This document shows, one piece after another, positions 20,748-30,685 of a stretch of DNA of 64,000 bases; positions within the stretch are counted from its first letter, which is position 1; every line of letters starts with the position of its first letter. The notes under the pieces are model-generated. The model was not told the origin of the DNA. It saw nothing but the letters and a program-made list of their open reading frames with translations, and made no database searches. The stretch is from Methanotrichaceae archaeon. Its GTDB lineage: Archaea; Halobacteriota; Methanosarcinia; Methanotrichales; Methanotrichaceae. The stretch covers positions 64,001-128,000 of the forward strand of contig CAWDLW010000015.1 of NCBI GenBank assembly GCA_963803145.1, given 5' to 3'. Position numbers and translations under genes: made by a program.

Positions 20748-21080
20748 CGGCCACACCCCCCCACCCTAAAAGGGAGGGATGCTTCGGGCAGCACTCCCGG
20801 TTTTTCTGAATTCAAAAATAGCGGTTTTTCAATTCATGATGAAGCTTGAACCGTCTATTCCAAGAATAAATGAAATTGATCCTCTCCAAAACTGCGCAAT
20901 TCCAACGCATATCATATCCTAGCCGTAGGTGGCTGGCACCACCTGTAGCTAAGGTGCCAAGAACATCCTCATTTCAAAAGATGTAATGCTTTATCGGTTT
21001 ATAAGAGCAGAAAGAACGTGTGAGGGTTACTTAATCCCCAACCTTCAGGTCGGAGTATCCGCGACCCTCCACTCCCTTGA
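20748..21080. repeat. Cluster of GC-rich hairpins resembling IS200/IS605 end remnants
   Basis: CCCACCCT-AAA-AGGGAGGG (20760-78), TGGCACC..GGTGCCA (20934-59), GAGGGTT..CCAACCT-TC-AGGTCGG..GACCCTC (21022-69); no transposase ORF. Confidence 0.45.
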
Positions 21081-21340
21081 TGTAATAAAAATGATGTTAT
21101 ACTAATTAATTATCTTTTTCAATATTGTTTAGGTTCTGGGCGATAGTTGATTCAAACAGTTACTTTTCTTTATTATTATATTATATTGAAATTTGCATAT
21201 CTTTGGATAAATTGCGAGATTGAATAGTATATTTGCATATTTATCGGCAAATAATCTTGATATTTTTTTAAGGTTGCAGACTAATGATAGGTATCTTTAT
21301 AAATCTCAATTCTGATATAGTTACAATTGGAGGTTATACT

Positions 21341-22258
21341 ATGGAAAGTAATTCCGAAGTAATATATAAACAAATAACAAAACAATATAATTTTGTTATA
21401 GCAGACAACATGGAGAATAGTCTAAGGAACGTACTCAGATTTCTATCAGTCAGCTCTATCTCTGTCGGAGTATCAGCATTTTTTGCAACATACATAATGT
21501 TTATTCTGTTAGGGATCACTCCGTCAGTTTACATATGTTTGACGCCCTCATTAATGGCATTTAGTGTTTATAGTTTAAACAAGCTAACAGACCTCAAAGA
21601 GGATTCTATAAATACACCTGACAGACTGAATTTTCTAAAGGGCCGCAAGTATCTCATAATATCCTACTCTATCCTGGCCTATTTACTTAGCATTTATCTA
21701 GCGTTCTTAGATAAACCATCATCTGCTGCAATAGTTCTCTTTCCACTCATCGCCAATGCTCTCTATGGCTCAAGAGTTCTTCCAGGTTTACCTCGACTGA
21801 AGGACATTCCCGTCATGAAGAACATAGTCGTAGCATCATGTTGTGCTGTAACTACAACGTTTCTGCCTGCAGCACATATGATGGACGCCAGTTTAGCTAT
21901 CGCCATCGCCTTTTGCTTCATGTTTGGAAAGGCCTTCATAAATACTTTACTCTATGATGTAAGAGATATCAAGGGAGATGGTGAAAAAGGAGTAAAAACG
22001 ATTCCAGTGTTAGTAGGTAAGAAGAGAACTGTTTATCTCCTCCTAATAGTGAACAGCATACTTCTTTTGTTGGCGCAGGTATTCATATTGGGCAGCGCAA
22101 GGCTCCTCGCGACATCATTGGTGCTCTATGGCTATTTCTACATTCTTTACTTCACAAAAACAATGCAACCGCTAGCGATGGATCTCTTAATAGATGGGGA
22201 ATGGATGAACTTCAGCATAGTACTGCTACTTCTAAAAGGCTGCGGATTTATGGCCTGA
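21341..22258 (+). CDS. UbiA-family prenyltransferase
   Basis: NKLTDLKEDSINTPDR and YDVRDIKGD aspartate-rich motifs, multiple TM helices; GGAGG RBS before ATG21341. Confidence 0.88.
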   Translation: MESNSEVIYKQITKQYNFVIADNMENSLRNVLRFLSVSSISVGVSAFFATYIMFILLGITPSVYICLTPSLMAFSVYSLNKLTDLKEDSINTPDRLNFLKGRKYLIISYSILAYLLSIYLAFLDKPSSAAIVLFPLIANALYGSRVLPGLPRLKDIPVMKNIVVASCCAVTTTFLPAAHMMDASLAIAIAFCFMFGKAFINTLLYDVRDIKGDGEKGVKTIPVLVGKKRTVYLLLIVNSILLLLAQVFILGSARLLATSLVLYGYFYILYFTKTMQPLAMDLLIDGEWMNFSIVLLLLKGCGFMA

Positions 22259-22262
22259 TCCC

Positions 22263-22859
22263 TCAGGCCTCCGCAGCCTCATAATCCGTATCCATCGTAT
22301 CCTGTAGCCCATCTTTGATATGGGATGTTACCATGCGCTCAGATACATCCTGATCCGAGAGAATCTCAAGGAAACGCTTTGTGTAGCCGTCTTTTTCAGC
22401 TGCCTTTTGGCTCTCGAATATGTTTCTATATTCACTTATGGTCGAAGGGGCAACGCCCAAAGCTTCAGCCATCTCCTTGACAGACTTGCCGGTCCCGGAT
22501 AGAAGGATGAATTCGTTCTTATCAAATGGTGGCTTCAGATCAGATTCTCTGAAAAGATGAAGCTTGATCCTAGCCCTGCTAACAGTTTTGTTGAGTGCTC
22601 TGTCTCCGAGCTGCTCTGCGATCTCTGTATCGCTCAAGCCCTTATAAAATAATCGTATTACAGTGGCGAGCTGCTCAGGAGTTAACTTGGTCTGGATATT
22701 ATAATGCTTGATCATCTCTTTGACGACGCCTAAAAGAGCACGTTCGATATCAGAACTCCCTCTCAATGCACCGTGCTGCGAAGCCTGCTTTTCTACAACC
22801 TTAGTGCTGGCGCCCATCTTAAGAACAAGATCACGCAGCTGATCCGTCCTACCACTCAT
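22263..22859 (-). CDS. HTH-containing protein resembling haloarchaeal conditioned-medium-induced protein 4 (Cmi4)
   Basis: TDQLRD..., FYKGLSDTEIAEQLG...TVSRARIKLHL, DGLQD tail; recalled similarity. Confidence 0.6.
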   Translation of the reverse strand: MSGRTDQLRDLVLKMGASTKVVEKQASQHGALRGSSDIERALLGVVKEMIKHYNIQTKLTPEQLATVIRLFYKGLSDTEIAEQLGDRALNKTVSRARIKLHLFRESDLKPPFDKNEFILLSGTGKSVKEMAEALGVAPSTISEYRNIFESQKAAEKDGYTKRFLEILSDQDVSERMVTSHIKDGLQDTMDTDYEAAEA

Positions 22860-22962
22860 TTAAGATACTCACCCATCAGAGAACTCCTTCGTTTATACTA
22901 TAAAGAGATTTCCATTGCACCGCAAACCTTTTTATACACGTGCCACCGTTTAAAGAGGCGGA

Positions 22963-23418
22963 ATGTCTGATACCAGCATATACGTTGTGAAGACCACTGC
23001 TAACCAGGAGCGTTCAGTGGCCAATATGATTTCCCAGATAGCAAGAAAAGAAAAATATGATATAAGAGCACTGCTGGTACCCGACGTGCTTAAAGGCTAC
23101 GTTCTTGTGGAAGCGCCCGCTCCGGAGATCGTAGACCAGGCTATTCAGGGAATACCCCACGCACGATCGGTAATTAAAGGCGCATCTAGCATCGAAGAGG
23201 TAGAGCACTTTCTCGCCCCCAAGCCAGTCGTAACTGGAATAAACGAGGGTGCTATAGTTGAACTCATATCCGGGCCTTTTAAGGGCGAGAAGGCTAGGGT
23301 GAAGCGCGTGGATACTGCAAAGGAAGAGATCACAGTGGAGCTCTTCGAGGCTATGGTGCCGATACCCATAACTGTAAGGGGCGATCACGTGCGTGTACTC
23401 AGCAAAGAAAAACCTTAG
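22963..23418 (+). CDS. spt5: Transcription elongation factor Spt5 (NusG)
   Basis: [18 protein letters not shown] motif GPFKGEKA. Confidence 0.96.
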   Translation: MSDTSIYVVKTTANQERSVANMISQIARKEKYDIRALLVPDVLKGYVLVEAPAPEIVDQAIQGIPHARSVIKGASSIEEVEHFLAPKPVVTGINEGAIVELISGPFKGEKARVKRVDTAKEEITVELFEAMVPIPITVRGDHVRVLSKEKP

Positions 23419-23430
23419 AGGTGATATACT

Positions 23431-23907
23431 GTGGCTAATGTCGTTGAAGCATTGGTGCCTGGTGGAAAGGCTAGTGCCGGACCGCCTCTTGGTCCAGCTC
23501 TAGGGCCTTTGGGCGTCAACGTGGCGCAAGTAGTTGCGAAGATCAATGAACTCACGAAGGACCTTAATGGAATGCAGGTCCCGATCAAAGTCAAAGTAAG
23601 ATCTAGGACTGATTTTGATGTCGAGATCGGCACGCCGCCTACATCGGCGCTGATTCTGAAAGAGTTGGGCGTTGAAAAGGGCACCGGCGATAAAACCATC
23701 ATTGGAGACCTGACAATGGAGCAGGTTGTTAAAATCGCGGATATCAAGAAAAAGGGTCTTCTTTCCAAGAACCTTAAAAGTGCAGCCAAAGAGATAATTG
23801 GGACTGCAGAATCGTTAGGCGCGACCATTGATGGAATGCCTGCAAAAGAGGCCCAGAAGGCTGTGACTAGCGGCAAGTATGATGAGATATTAGAGGCAAA
23901 GGCTTAA
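23431..23907 (+). CDS. rpl11: 50S ribosomal protein L11
   Basis: GGKASAGPPLGPALGPLGVN. Confidence 0.97.
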   Translation: MANVVEALVPGGKASAGPPLGPALGPLGVNVAQVVAKINELTKDLNGMQVPIKVKVRSRTDFDVEIGTPPTSALILKELGVEKGTGDKTIIGDLTMEQVVKIADIKKKGLLSKNLKSAAKEIIGTAESLGATIDGMPAKEAQKAVTSGKYDEILEAKA

Positions 23908-23949
23908 AATATTAGTTAGTAAATCGAAACTCGATTCTCTTTTGAGAAG

Positions 23950-23981
23950 CCGTAGTAGACAATAAGGTCGTTAGACTACGG
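23950..23981 (+). promoter_or_regulatory. Putative uL1 autoregulatory leader hairpin overlapping the RBS
   Basis: CCGTAGT(23950-56)/ACTACGG(23975-81) stem with inner GAC/GTC; 3' arm overlaps GGAGG of rpl1. Confidence 0.65.
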
Positions 23982-23990
23982 AGGATTGAA

Positions 23991-24626
23991 ATGAGCAATA
24001 TAGACGAAGCCATTAAAAAGGCAATCACTGAGGCACCTGCCAGGAAGTTCACTGAGAGCGTTGACCTGGCCATAAACCTTCACAACATCGATCTTTCCCA
24101 GCCTGGGAACAGGATCGATGCTGAGGTCATCCTCCCCCATGGACTGGGCAAACCTACCAAAGTTGCAGTTTTCGCTGCAGGAGAGACAGCAATGCGCGCA
24201 AAGAATGCAGGCGCAGACAGGGTCATCTCCGCAGACGAGATCAAGGAATTGGGTGGGGATAAAAGGGCAGCGAGAAAGCTGGCCGATGAATACAAGTTCT
24301 TCATAGCAGAGACTCAGTTCATGCCCGTAATAGGCAAGAGCCTAGGACCGATCTTAGGAAAGAGGGGCAAGATGCCTACTCCGCTACCCCCGACTCAGGA
24401 TGTCACGCCCCAGATCAACAGATTAAGAAACATGGTCAGGGTCAGGTCCAGAGATAGGCCGACATTTCACCTGACGATTGGAAATAGAAACATGGACGTA
24501 AAGGATCTAACTGAGAACGTCGATGCGGTCATCACCAAACTTGAGCAGACGCTGAAGGATGGAAAGCAGAACCTGAAGTCAGTCTATGTCAAGACCACGA
24601 TGGGACCGGCAGTAAAGGTGATCTAA
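23991..24626 (+). CDS. rpl1: 50S ribosomal protein L1
   Basis: RKFTESVDLAINL, LGKRGKMPTP, YVKTTMGP. Confidence 0.97.
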   Translation: MSNIDEAIKKAITEAPARKFTESVDLAINLHNIDLSQPGNRIDAEVILPHGLGKPTKVAVFAAGETAMRAKNAGADRVISADEIKELGGDKRAARKLADEYKFFIAETQFMPVIGKSLGPILGKRGKMPTPLPPTQDVTPQINRLRNMVRVRSRDRPTFHLTIGNRNMDVKDLTENVDAVITKLEQTLKDGKQNLKSVYVKTTMGPAVKVI

Positions 24627-25610
24627 ATGGCAGCAGAGGTTAAGCGAACTGCTCACCTGCCGGAATGGAAGGTCGAGGATGTAGATGAGCTTAAAGAGAA
24701 AATCGGCGGGAGCAGGGTTATCGGCATCGTAGGAATGCGCGAAATACCTGCAAGCGATCTGCAACAAATGCGCAGAGATCTTAGGGGCAAGTTAGAGGTC
24801 AGAATGGTGCGGAACAGCATTGCGCGCCGGGCTCTAGAAGCATCAGCCCCTGAAATCAGGCCGCTTGCAGACTTTATCGCAGATCAGACTGCCCTTATCT
24901 TCAGCGATGAGAATCCCTTCAAGCTTTATGCTACTTTGGAGAAAGAGAAGCGCCCCATGCCCATAAAGCCAGGGGCACGTGCACCCAAGGATATTGTGGT
25001 TGAAGCCGGGGAGACATCATTCTCGCCTGGGCCAATGGTTGGCAAGCTCCAGGCGGCAGGAATTCCAGCCGCCATCAAGGGCGGAAAGGTGGTTATCAAT
25101 CAGAGGATTACACTCGCAAAAGAGGGCGAGGTAGTATCCGCCAAGACTGCAGATATCCTGAAGACGATGGAGATCTTCCCCAGGAATGTTGGCATCGAAC
25201 TCAGAGCTGTCTATGAGGGCGGCCTTGTATTCCAGACTAAGGATCTGGCTATAGACGTAGATAGTTTGATTTCACAGTTCAGCTCTGCATCCGCAAGAGC
25301 GTTCGGCTTTGCCGTAGAAATAGGCTATGTCACTCCAGATACAGTTGGCCCAATTCTACAAAGAGCACAGGCTAAGGCTAGAAGCCTCATAGCAGAGACT
25401 GGAATTCCAGTGCCCGGCATGATGGATATTGTTTTAGCAAAGGCGGTTGCCAATGCAAAGGCAATTGAAAGTCTGGTCAGTGGAGGATCTGCCCCTGCTC
25501 CGGCGCAAGCGGCCCCGGCGGCCCCTGTAGCTGAGGCAGAGGAAGAGAAGAAAGAGGAGAAGAAGGATGAGGAGGCCGGTGTCGAAGGCCTCGGTGCATT
25601 ATTCGGATAA
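24627..25610 (+). CDS. rpl10: Ribosomal stalk protein P0 (uL10)
   Basis: P0 domain, insertion domain, acidic [13 protein letters not shown] tail. Confidence 0.97.
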   Translation: MAAEVKRTAHLPEWKVEDVDELKEKIGGSRVIGIVGMREIPASDLQQMRRDLRGKLEVRMVRNSIARRALEASAPEIRPLADFIADQTALIFSDENPFKLYATLEKEKRPMPIKPGARAPKDIVVEAGETSFSPGPMVGKLQAAGIPAAIKGGKVVINQRITLAKEGEVVSAKTADILKTMEIFPRNVGIELRAVYEGGLVFQTKDLAIDVDSLISQFSSASARAFGFAVEIGYVTPDTVGPILQRAQAKARSLIAETGIPVPGMMDIVLAKAVANAKAIESLVSGGSAPAPAQAAPAAPVAEAEEEKKEEKKDEEAGVEGLGALFG

Positions 25611-25623
25611 AAGGTTGATTTAA

Positions 25624-25944
25624 ATGGAATATGTATACGCAGCATTATTGCTTCATAGCGCAGGCAAAGAGATCAGTGAGGACGGAGTAAAGAAGATCGT
25701 AGAGGCAGCAGGCGTAAAGCCCGATGAAATCAGGATTAAGGCTCTTGTGGCAGCCCTTGAGGGCGTGGATGTAAGCAAGATCCTATCACAGGCCGCAGCT
25801 ATGCCGGTAGCAGCCGCACCAGCAGCCGCTGCTGCAGCACCTAAATCAGGTGGCGCTGCCCCAGCCAAGGAAGAGAAGAGCGAAGAGAAGAAGGAAGAGG
25901 CAGAGGAGGCCGGTGTCGAGGGGCTTGGAGCACTTTTCGGCTGA
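25624..25944 (+). CDS. rpl12: Ribosomal stalk protein P1 (L12)
   Basis: [11 protein letters not shown], Ala-rich hinge, [13 protein letters not shown]. Confidence 0.97.
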   Translation: MEYVYAALLLHSAGKEISEDGVKKIVEAAGVKPDEIRIKALVAALEGVDVSKILSQAAAMPVAAAPAAAAAAPKSGGAAPAKEEKSEEKKEEAEEAGVEGLGALFG

Positions 25945-26150
25945 ACCCCTCAGCCTTTCTCTATTTTTCATACAAATCCCCAAGTTAGTTAAAACAGCAT
26001 CATTCACTCATTCTAATATTCTGGCATTTGTTTAAGATCTAATCTAATCTGAAAATAAAACAAAAGAAATCTATGATAAGGCCACCAAATGTCTTCTTTT
26101 CGGTATAATTAAGAGGGCAATAAGTGACCTTCACTTACATGAAAATGAAT

Positions 26151-26423
26151 CTAAATTTCCTCGATCTTCTCTATTCCGACCTTCTTAACATTCGGTTTCC
26201 ATATCAACGAGGGCATCCACTCTGGAGCGTTTGTCGGCTTTGGAACCTGTTTGCGCTCGCCCTGGAATAGATGCACTTTTTTTGTTCCCCTTTCACGAAG
26301 CCTAATATCTGTATAGCCGCGATTTGCAGCCTTAAGCGCCGCTTGCCTGGGCTGCTTGCCGCAGAAGACGCCGACCTCATTACCTTGCGCGTCGCGCAAT
26401 GCGAAATTCCTTTTTTCTACCAT
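26151..26423 (-). CDS. Non-histone chromosomal protein MC1
   Basis: RNFALRD..GNE.GVF.GKQPRQAALKAANRG, IRLRERGTKKVH, WKPNVKK. Confidence 0.95.
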   Translation of the reverse strand: MVEKRNFALRDAQGNEVGVFCGKQPRQAALKAANRGYTDIRLRERGTKKVHLFQGERKQVPKPTNAPEWMPSLIWKPNVKKVGIEKIEEI

Positions 26424-26625
26424 ATTTTATACCTCCCAATACCCGCGTGCATAGGACCCTAGACCTCGCCGCATGTCTATATATCGTATCCACTTATATT
26501 AATCTTTTGTTCGATTCCAGAATTTAGCGACAGTTTATATAAACTCGTTTATGAACTGAAATGGAAAAAATACATCATCGCCAGGAAGGATTGAGTATAT
26601 ATCTATGCTAAATCTTTGAGCCATT

Positions 26626-27168
26626 ATGGCATGGGTTTTATGGTTCACTGGCCTTCCAGGCTGCGGCAAAACCACAATCGTGCAACGTGTGAAGGCAATG
26701 CTATCTCAAAACGGGATATCTGTGAAGGTACTCCAGCTTGATGAGATACGTAAGGTGATTACACCGAGTCCCACTTACACAGAGGCGGAGAGAGATGTAG
26801 TATATGCGAGCCTTGCCTACATGGCCAAGCTGCTTGAAGAATCTGGAATAAACGTGATCATAGATGCTACGGCGAATAAACGTCGTTATCGTGATCTCGC
26901 CAGGAGCTTAGTGTCCGACTTCGCAGAGGTTTATATCAGAGCACCTCTCGATTTATGCATTGCGCGCGAATCGAGACGCAGGGCGGAGTTTGCACCTAAG
27001 GATATCTACAGAAAATCAACCGAAAAAGGGGCAACAGTTCCTGGCGTGAACATCGCCTACGAAGAACCTCTCACGCCTGAGATATCTGTGGACTCGGCGG
27101 AGATGAGCTCGGACCAGAGTGCACAGTATATAGTCGACAAAATTATCAAGCTATTTAAGCAAAAGTGA
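26626..27168 (+). CDS. Adenylyl-sulfate kinase-like P-loop kinase
   Basis: WFTGLPGCGKTT, LDEIRK, YEEP. Confidence 0.8.
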   Translation: MAWVLWFTGLPGCGKTTIVQRVKAMLSQNGISVKVLQLDEIRKVITPSPTYTEAERDVVYASLAYMAKLLEESGINVIIDATANKRRYRDLARSLVSDFAEVYIRAPLDLCIARESRRRAEFAPKDIYRKSTEKGATVPGVNIAYEEPLTPEISVDSAEMSSDQSAQYIVDKIIKLFKQK

Positions 27169-27398
27169 TCGTATGAAGTGATCATATAGATACTGGAAGA
27201 TTTGATTACACCTGAAGCCCTTATATATAATTTATTCATCTAATTGCTTACGTTTAGGCTAATATTCCAGGTAATGCTAAAATAAACATATCCTCTGCAA
27301 TAATTTTTGTGACCGTGGTAGGATAGCAGTCCTTACCTATAAATCCGGGAAAGATTAAAATATGGTCACTTAGACTCACATTCAGGAAGTGAAGATGC

Positions 27399-28550
27399 TT
27401 GAGGTCTAATGCTGGCTTTATAGGTTTTGACGGGACTGAAAATAAGAGAACCATCCTTGCACTGCAAAAAGTGAAAGAGGCCGCGAAGATCGATGGAGAC
27501 ATCAATGTATTGCTCAGGAAGCCTCATGGCAGAGCAAGGTCGATGATGTCGAAGTTCGACCGTCTTTTCGATGTTAAGGCATTCGTTAGCGATGATGCCG
27601 ACAAGGAGAAGTGGGAGAAGGCTGGAGTGAAGATCGCTGGAGGATATAATGATTTCTTCGATGCATCCGATTTCTTAATGGTTGGAACTCCAGGGGATGA
27701 GGAAACTCCCTACGTTGAGGCTGCATTGGCGCACGATTGCTTTGTATCTCTGATGGGCGGCGCTGACAGACCTGCCATTTTGGAGGCTCTACAGGAAAAT
27801 AAGATGAAAATCTCAGATGAGCTTAAGGCAGACTTCGCCCGCGAATTCTTCTTCGGACTTGAGAACTATGAGATGTTTTTGAAAGCAAAGCCTAAGCTGG
27901 TGCAATGTACAAGCTGCAACACCACCGGCCTTTCAAGGCTGGCTTTAGCCGCCAGGCCACTAGGATTGATGGCTGTGCTCGGCAACATCGATCGCAGGCA
28001 TGGAGATCCCCATACTGTTGTCAGAGCTTCCCCTAGCGCAATTCAATTCGGAAAGGGAGCAGGCCATCAGGGAACAGATGCCGGGACAGTCTTCGAGGAG
28101 GTAAAGTTCGCAGTCCGAGCCAGCAAAGTTCCTACGACCGTGCCTCATACGAACTTCCTGAATCTTGTTTTCAAGGGAGATGTGAAGCCGGCACAGCTCG
28201 TAGACCAGTTTGCGAAGACGAGAGAGGTGGTGGTAATGCCCTACCAGGACGAGGGAAGAAAGCATGAGTGGACAAGTGAAATCCTGGAAGCATTCCTATC
28301 AGGCCTTGAGAGGCCGATAAGCCCCGAGATATTCGAGCTTCTGGTCTCTGACGCGATCATACCCTTCAAGCTTGGGGATTACACGATTCTTCAAACCGTC
28401 TCAATGGTCGAGCAGATGTCCATCGCAGTCCCCAACCACGTCGAATCCTATCTCCTAAGTGTAGGCTATCCAGCAGCCGATGTCCATAGCCTCGTTGATA
28501 AGGCACTCGGTGTGCTGCATGGAATTTGGCCGGACAAGCTCAGCAGCTGA
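27399..28550 (+). CDS. Divergent archaeal (type II) GAPDH-like dehydrogenase
   Basis: SCNTTGLSRL catalytic motif, RRHGDP, KVPTT..H; atypical N-terminal nucleotide-binding loop. Confidence 0.75.
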   Translation: MRSNAGFIGFDGTENKRTILALQKVKEAAKIDGDINVLLRKPHGRARSMMSKFDRLFDVKAFVSDDADKEKWEKAGVKIAGGYNDFFDASDFLMVGTPGDEETPYVEAALAHDCFVSLMGGADRPAILEALQENKMKISDELKADFAREFFFGLENYEMFLKAKPKLVQCTSCNTTGLSRLALAARPLGLMAVLGNIDRRHGDPHTVVRASPSAIQFGKGAGHQGTDAGTVFEEVKFAVRASKVPTTVPHTNFLNLVFKGDVKPAQLVDQFAKTREVVVMPYQDEGRKHEWTSEILEAFLSGLERPISPEIFELLVSDAIIPFKLGDYTILQTVSMVEQMSIAVPNHVESYLLSVGYPAADVHSLVDKALGVLHGIWPDKLSS

Positions 28551-28558
28551 ATTAGCTC

Positions 28559-29626
28559 ATGGCTGACGAAATCCTTTCAGGCAGGCTTCAGGGCGGCAGA
28601 GTATTGCTCGGCCCTGAGGCCGTGCCACAGCTTTACGAGCAGGGCTACTTTGGACGGCCTTCCGGAAAGGGCCTTGAGCTCAGCCTCGTTGAGGCTGCAT
28701 ACCTCCTTGATAGATCGAGAATAAAGATATCAACAGATGCAACTTCGAGTAAAGACGAGCTTGATTTCATAGCTTTTTTCCAAGCGGCCTCGTCTTTGGA
28801 AAAAGGCTTTGAGTTCAGGTACGTCGTATACAAAGACTTACGGGAACGCGGCTATTACGTCCAGCCAGGAAGGCCCGACTTTCGCGTATATCCTCGCGGA
28901 GGGCATCCCGGAAAGACGCCTGCCGAATTTTATGTGCTTGTGATCTCGGAGCGCATGCCTTTGCCGCTAAATGAGATCATCGAGCCCGTTCGCGTAGCAG
29001 GCCAGATGAGAAAAAAGCTGATGCTTGCAATCGTTGATGAAGAGAGCGATATCACATTTTACGAGGCGAAGGAGAAATCCTTGAGAGGAAATGAGGGCGA
29101 GGAAGAATCGGGCGGCATGGCGACTCTCCTCGCGGACAGGGTTGCGCTATGGGATGTGGCTGCATCAAAAAGATTGCATGAACATGGATTTTATGGCAAA
29201 CCTGTTGGAGAGCGATTACAGTTATCTCTGGTCGAATCGGCTTACCTTTTGGAGAAAGGGATGATTCAACTCATTGATCGATCCGGAAATCCCTTGAATT
29301 TGGAGGGGCTGAAGGAGCGAGCGCGCCAGGTAGAGAGCGATTTCGATCTGAAATATAAGGTCTATAGGGATCTAAGAAAGAATAAGCTGGTTGTAAAGAC
29401 CGGCTTCAAGTTCGGGACACATTTCAGAGTTTACAAGCACGTAGAAGGCCCGAGCAAAGTTCCTCATTCGGAGTACCTGGTGCATACGGTTCCAGTCGAT
29501 CATATTTTTTTGCCGCCAGTGTTATCGCGCGCGGTCAGGTTGGCGCACTCTGTCAGAAAGCAGATGGTCTTCGCATATCCTGATGACGGCGTGAAGTATC
29601 TGGAGATCAAGAGGCTCAAGCCCTGA
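28559..29626 (+). CDS. endA: tRNA-intron endonuclease (alpha2 type, duplicated)
   Basis: Two LSLVEAAYL...YKDLR repeats; KTGFKFGTHFRVY, HSEY, RLAHSVRK. Confidence 0.95.
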   Translation: MADEILSGRLQGGRVLLGPEAVPQLYEQGYFGRPSGKGLELSLVEAAYLLDRSRIKISTDATSSKDELDFIAFFQAASSLEKGFEFRYVVYKDLRERGYYVQPGRPDFRVYPRGGHPGKTPAEFYVLVISERMPLPLNEIIEPVRVAGQMRKKLMLAIVDEESDITFYEAKEKSLRGNEGEEESGGMATLLADRVALWDVAASKRLHEHGFYGKPVGERLQLSLVESAYLLEKGMIQLIDRSGNPLNLEGLKERARQVESDFDLKYKVYRDLRKNKLVVKTGFKFGTHFRVYKHVEGPSKVPHSEYLVHTVPVDHIFLPPVLSRAVRLAHSVRKQMVFAYPDDGVKYLEIKRLKP

Positions 29627-29695
29627 AACGAACATTTGTTACATTTCCTTTTTTTATCGAATAATTTTTCGTTTAAAAGAACGATAGTTTTTTTA

Positions 29696-29721
29696 ATCGA
29701 AAGATCTTTCGATATATCGAA
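29696..29721. promoter_or_regulatory. Overlapping palindromes upstream of the MNT-HEPN operon
   Basis: ATCGAAAGA|TCTTTCGAT (29696-713) and TTCGATA|TATCGAA (29708-721). Confidence 0.55.
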
Positions 29722-30263
29722 TGGAGCTATTGAGGAAATGCGCAGGCTTCAAGGTGCTGGAGTATTTTTTAACTCACCCCTCCAATGAAGTATATCTTAA
29801 AGAGTTGTCCCTTAAGCTGAAAATAAGTATCAGCAGCACTAAGATATATTGTGATGATCTTGTAAATGAAATCATAATTCTGGAGAAGAAAAGAGGGAAT
29901 TTAAGGCTCTTCCGATTGAACAGGGATGATTTTGCGGTCAGAAACATGACGAAAGCTTTCCATCTTTTGCAGCTCAAAAGACAGGGGGTAGAGAAAATAG
30001 CTGAAGGCAGCGCGTCTCTAGCAATTTATGGTAGCTTCGCCTTTGGCGACTTCGATGAGAAGAGCGATTTGGATCTTTTAGTAGTAGGAGATGAAGCAGA
30101 AGTTAGAAAAGATTTAGTTTTAGAGCTTCAGAGCAATTTGTGCAGAGAGGTCCAGTTAACGGTTATCCCACCTATCAAATGGGAAATTATGAAGAAAGAT
30201 AGAGATAGATTTGCTGAGAGTGTGCTCAGAAACCATGTGCTCGTAAAGGGGACTGGGCTATGA
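29721..30263 (+). CDS. HTH + minimal nucleotidyltransferase (MNT antitoxin)
   Basis: N-terminal wHTH; YGSFAFGDFDEKSDLDLLVV (GSx10DxD). Confidence 0.88.
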   Translation: MELLRKCAGFKVLEYFLTHPSNEVYLKELSLKLKISISSTKIYCDDLVNEIIILEKKRGNLRLFRLNRDDFAVRNMTKAFHLLQLKRQGVEKIAEGSASLAIYGSFAFGDFDEKSDLDLLVVGDEAEVRKDLVLELQSNLCREVQLTVIPPIKWEIMKKDRDRFAESVLRNHVLVKGTGL

Positions 30264-30682
30264 GGTTCGAGGATTGCCTTGAAGAAGGTTTGATCAAGAG
30301 GAATCCCAGAGCAATGGAAAGAGTTGCAGGCTCACTTGAGATCGCAGAGAGATTCCTCAAATCGGCCGGGAGGACTCTAGAGATCGATGAGTACGAGATG
30401 GCCGAGATTGCCGCCTACAACAGCGCTTTTCATTCTGCAAGAGCTCTGTTATTTGCAAAAGGTTACACTGAGAGAAGCCATCACTGTCTAGGCATGGCGT
30501 TAATGCATCTCTACAAAGGGGAGATATCGGAGCTATTCAGCACATTCGATAGGCTAAGGTTGTCTAGGCATGATGTACAGTACGGCGGCGCTCTGGTAAG
30601 CAGAGATGATGTTGAATTTATGATTGAATTTGCTGAGAGTTTTTTGGCGGCTGCAAAGTCGGAACTGTCTTATCAGGAGTAA
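30260..30682 (+). CDS. HEPN domain protein (toxin)
   Basis: AYNSAFHSARALL, ERSH, RHDVQY; ATGA overlap with the MNT gene. Confidence 0.88.
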   Translation: MRFEDCLEEGLIKRNPRAMERVAGSLEIAERFLKSAGRTLEIDEYEMAEIAAYNSAFHSARALLFAKGYTERSHHCLGMALMHLYKGEISELFSTFDRLRLSRHDVQYGGALVSRDDVEFMIEFAESFLAAAKSELSYQE

Positions 30683-30685
30683 GAT

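Noticed and set aside
25565-25944. Near-identical 3' ends of rpl10 and rpl12 (GAGGAGGCCGGTGTCGA...)
   Set aside because: The shared stalk C-terminus is well known; it is not a mobile repeat.
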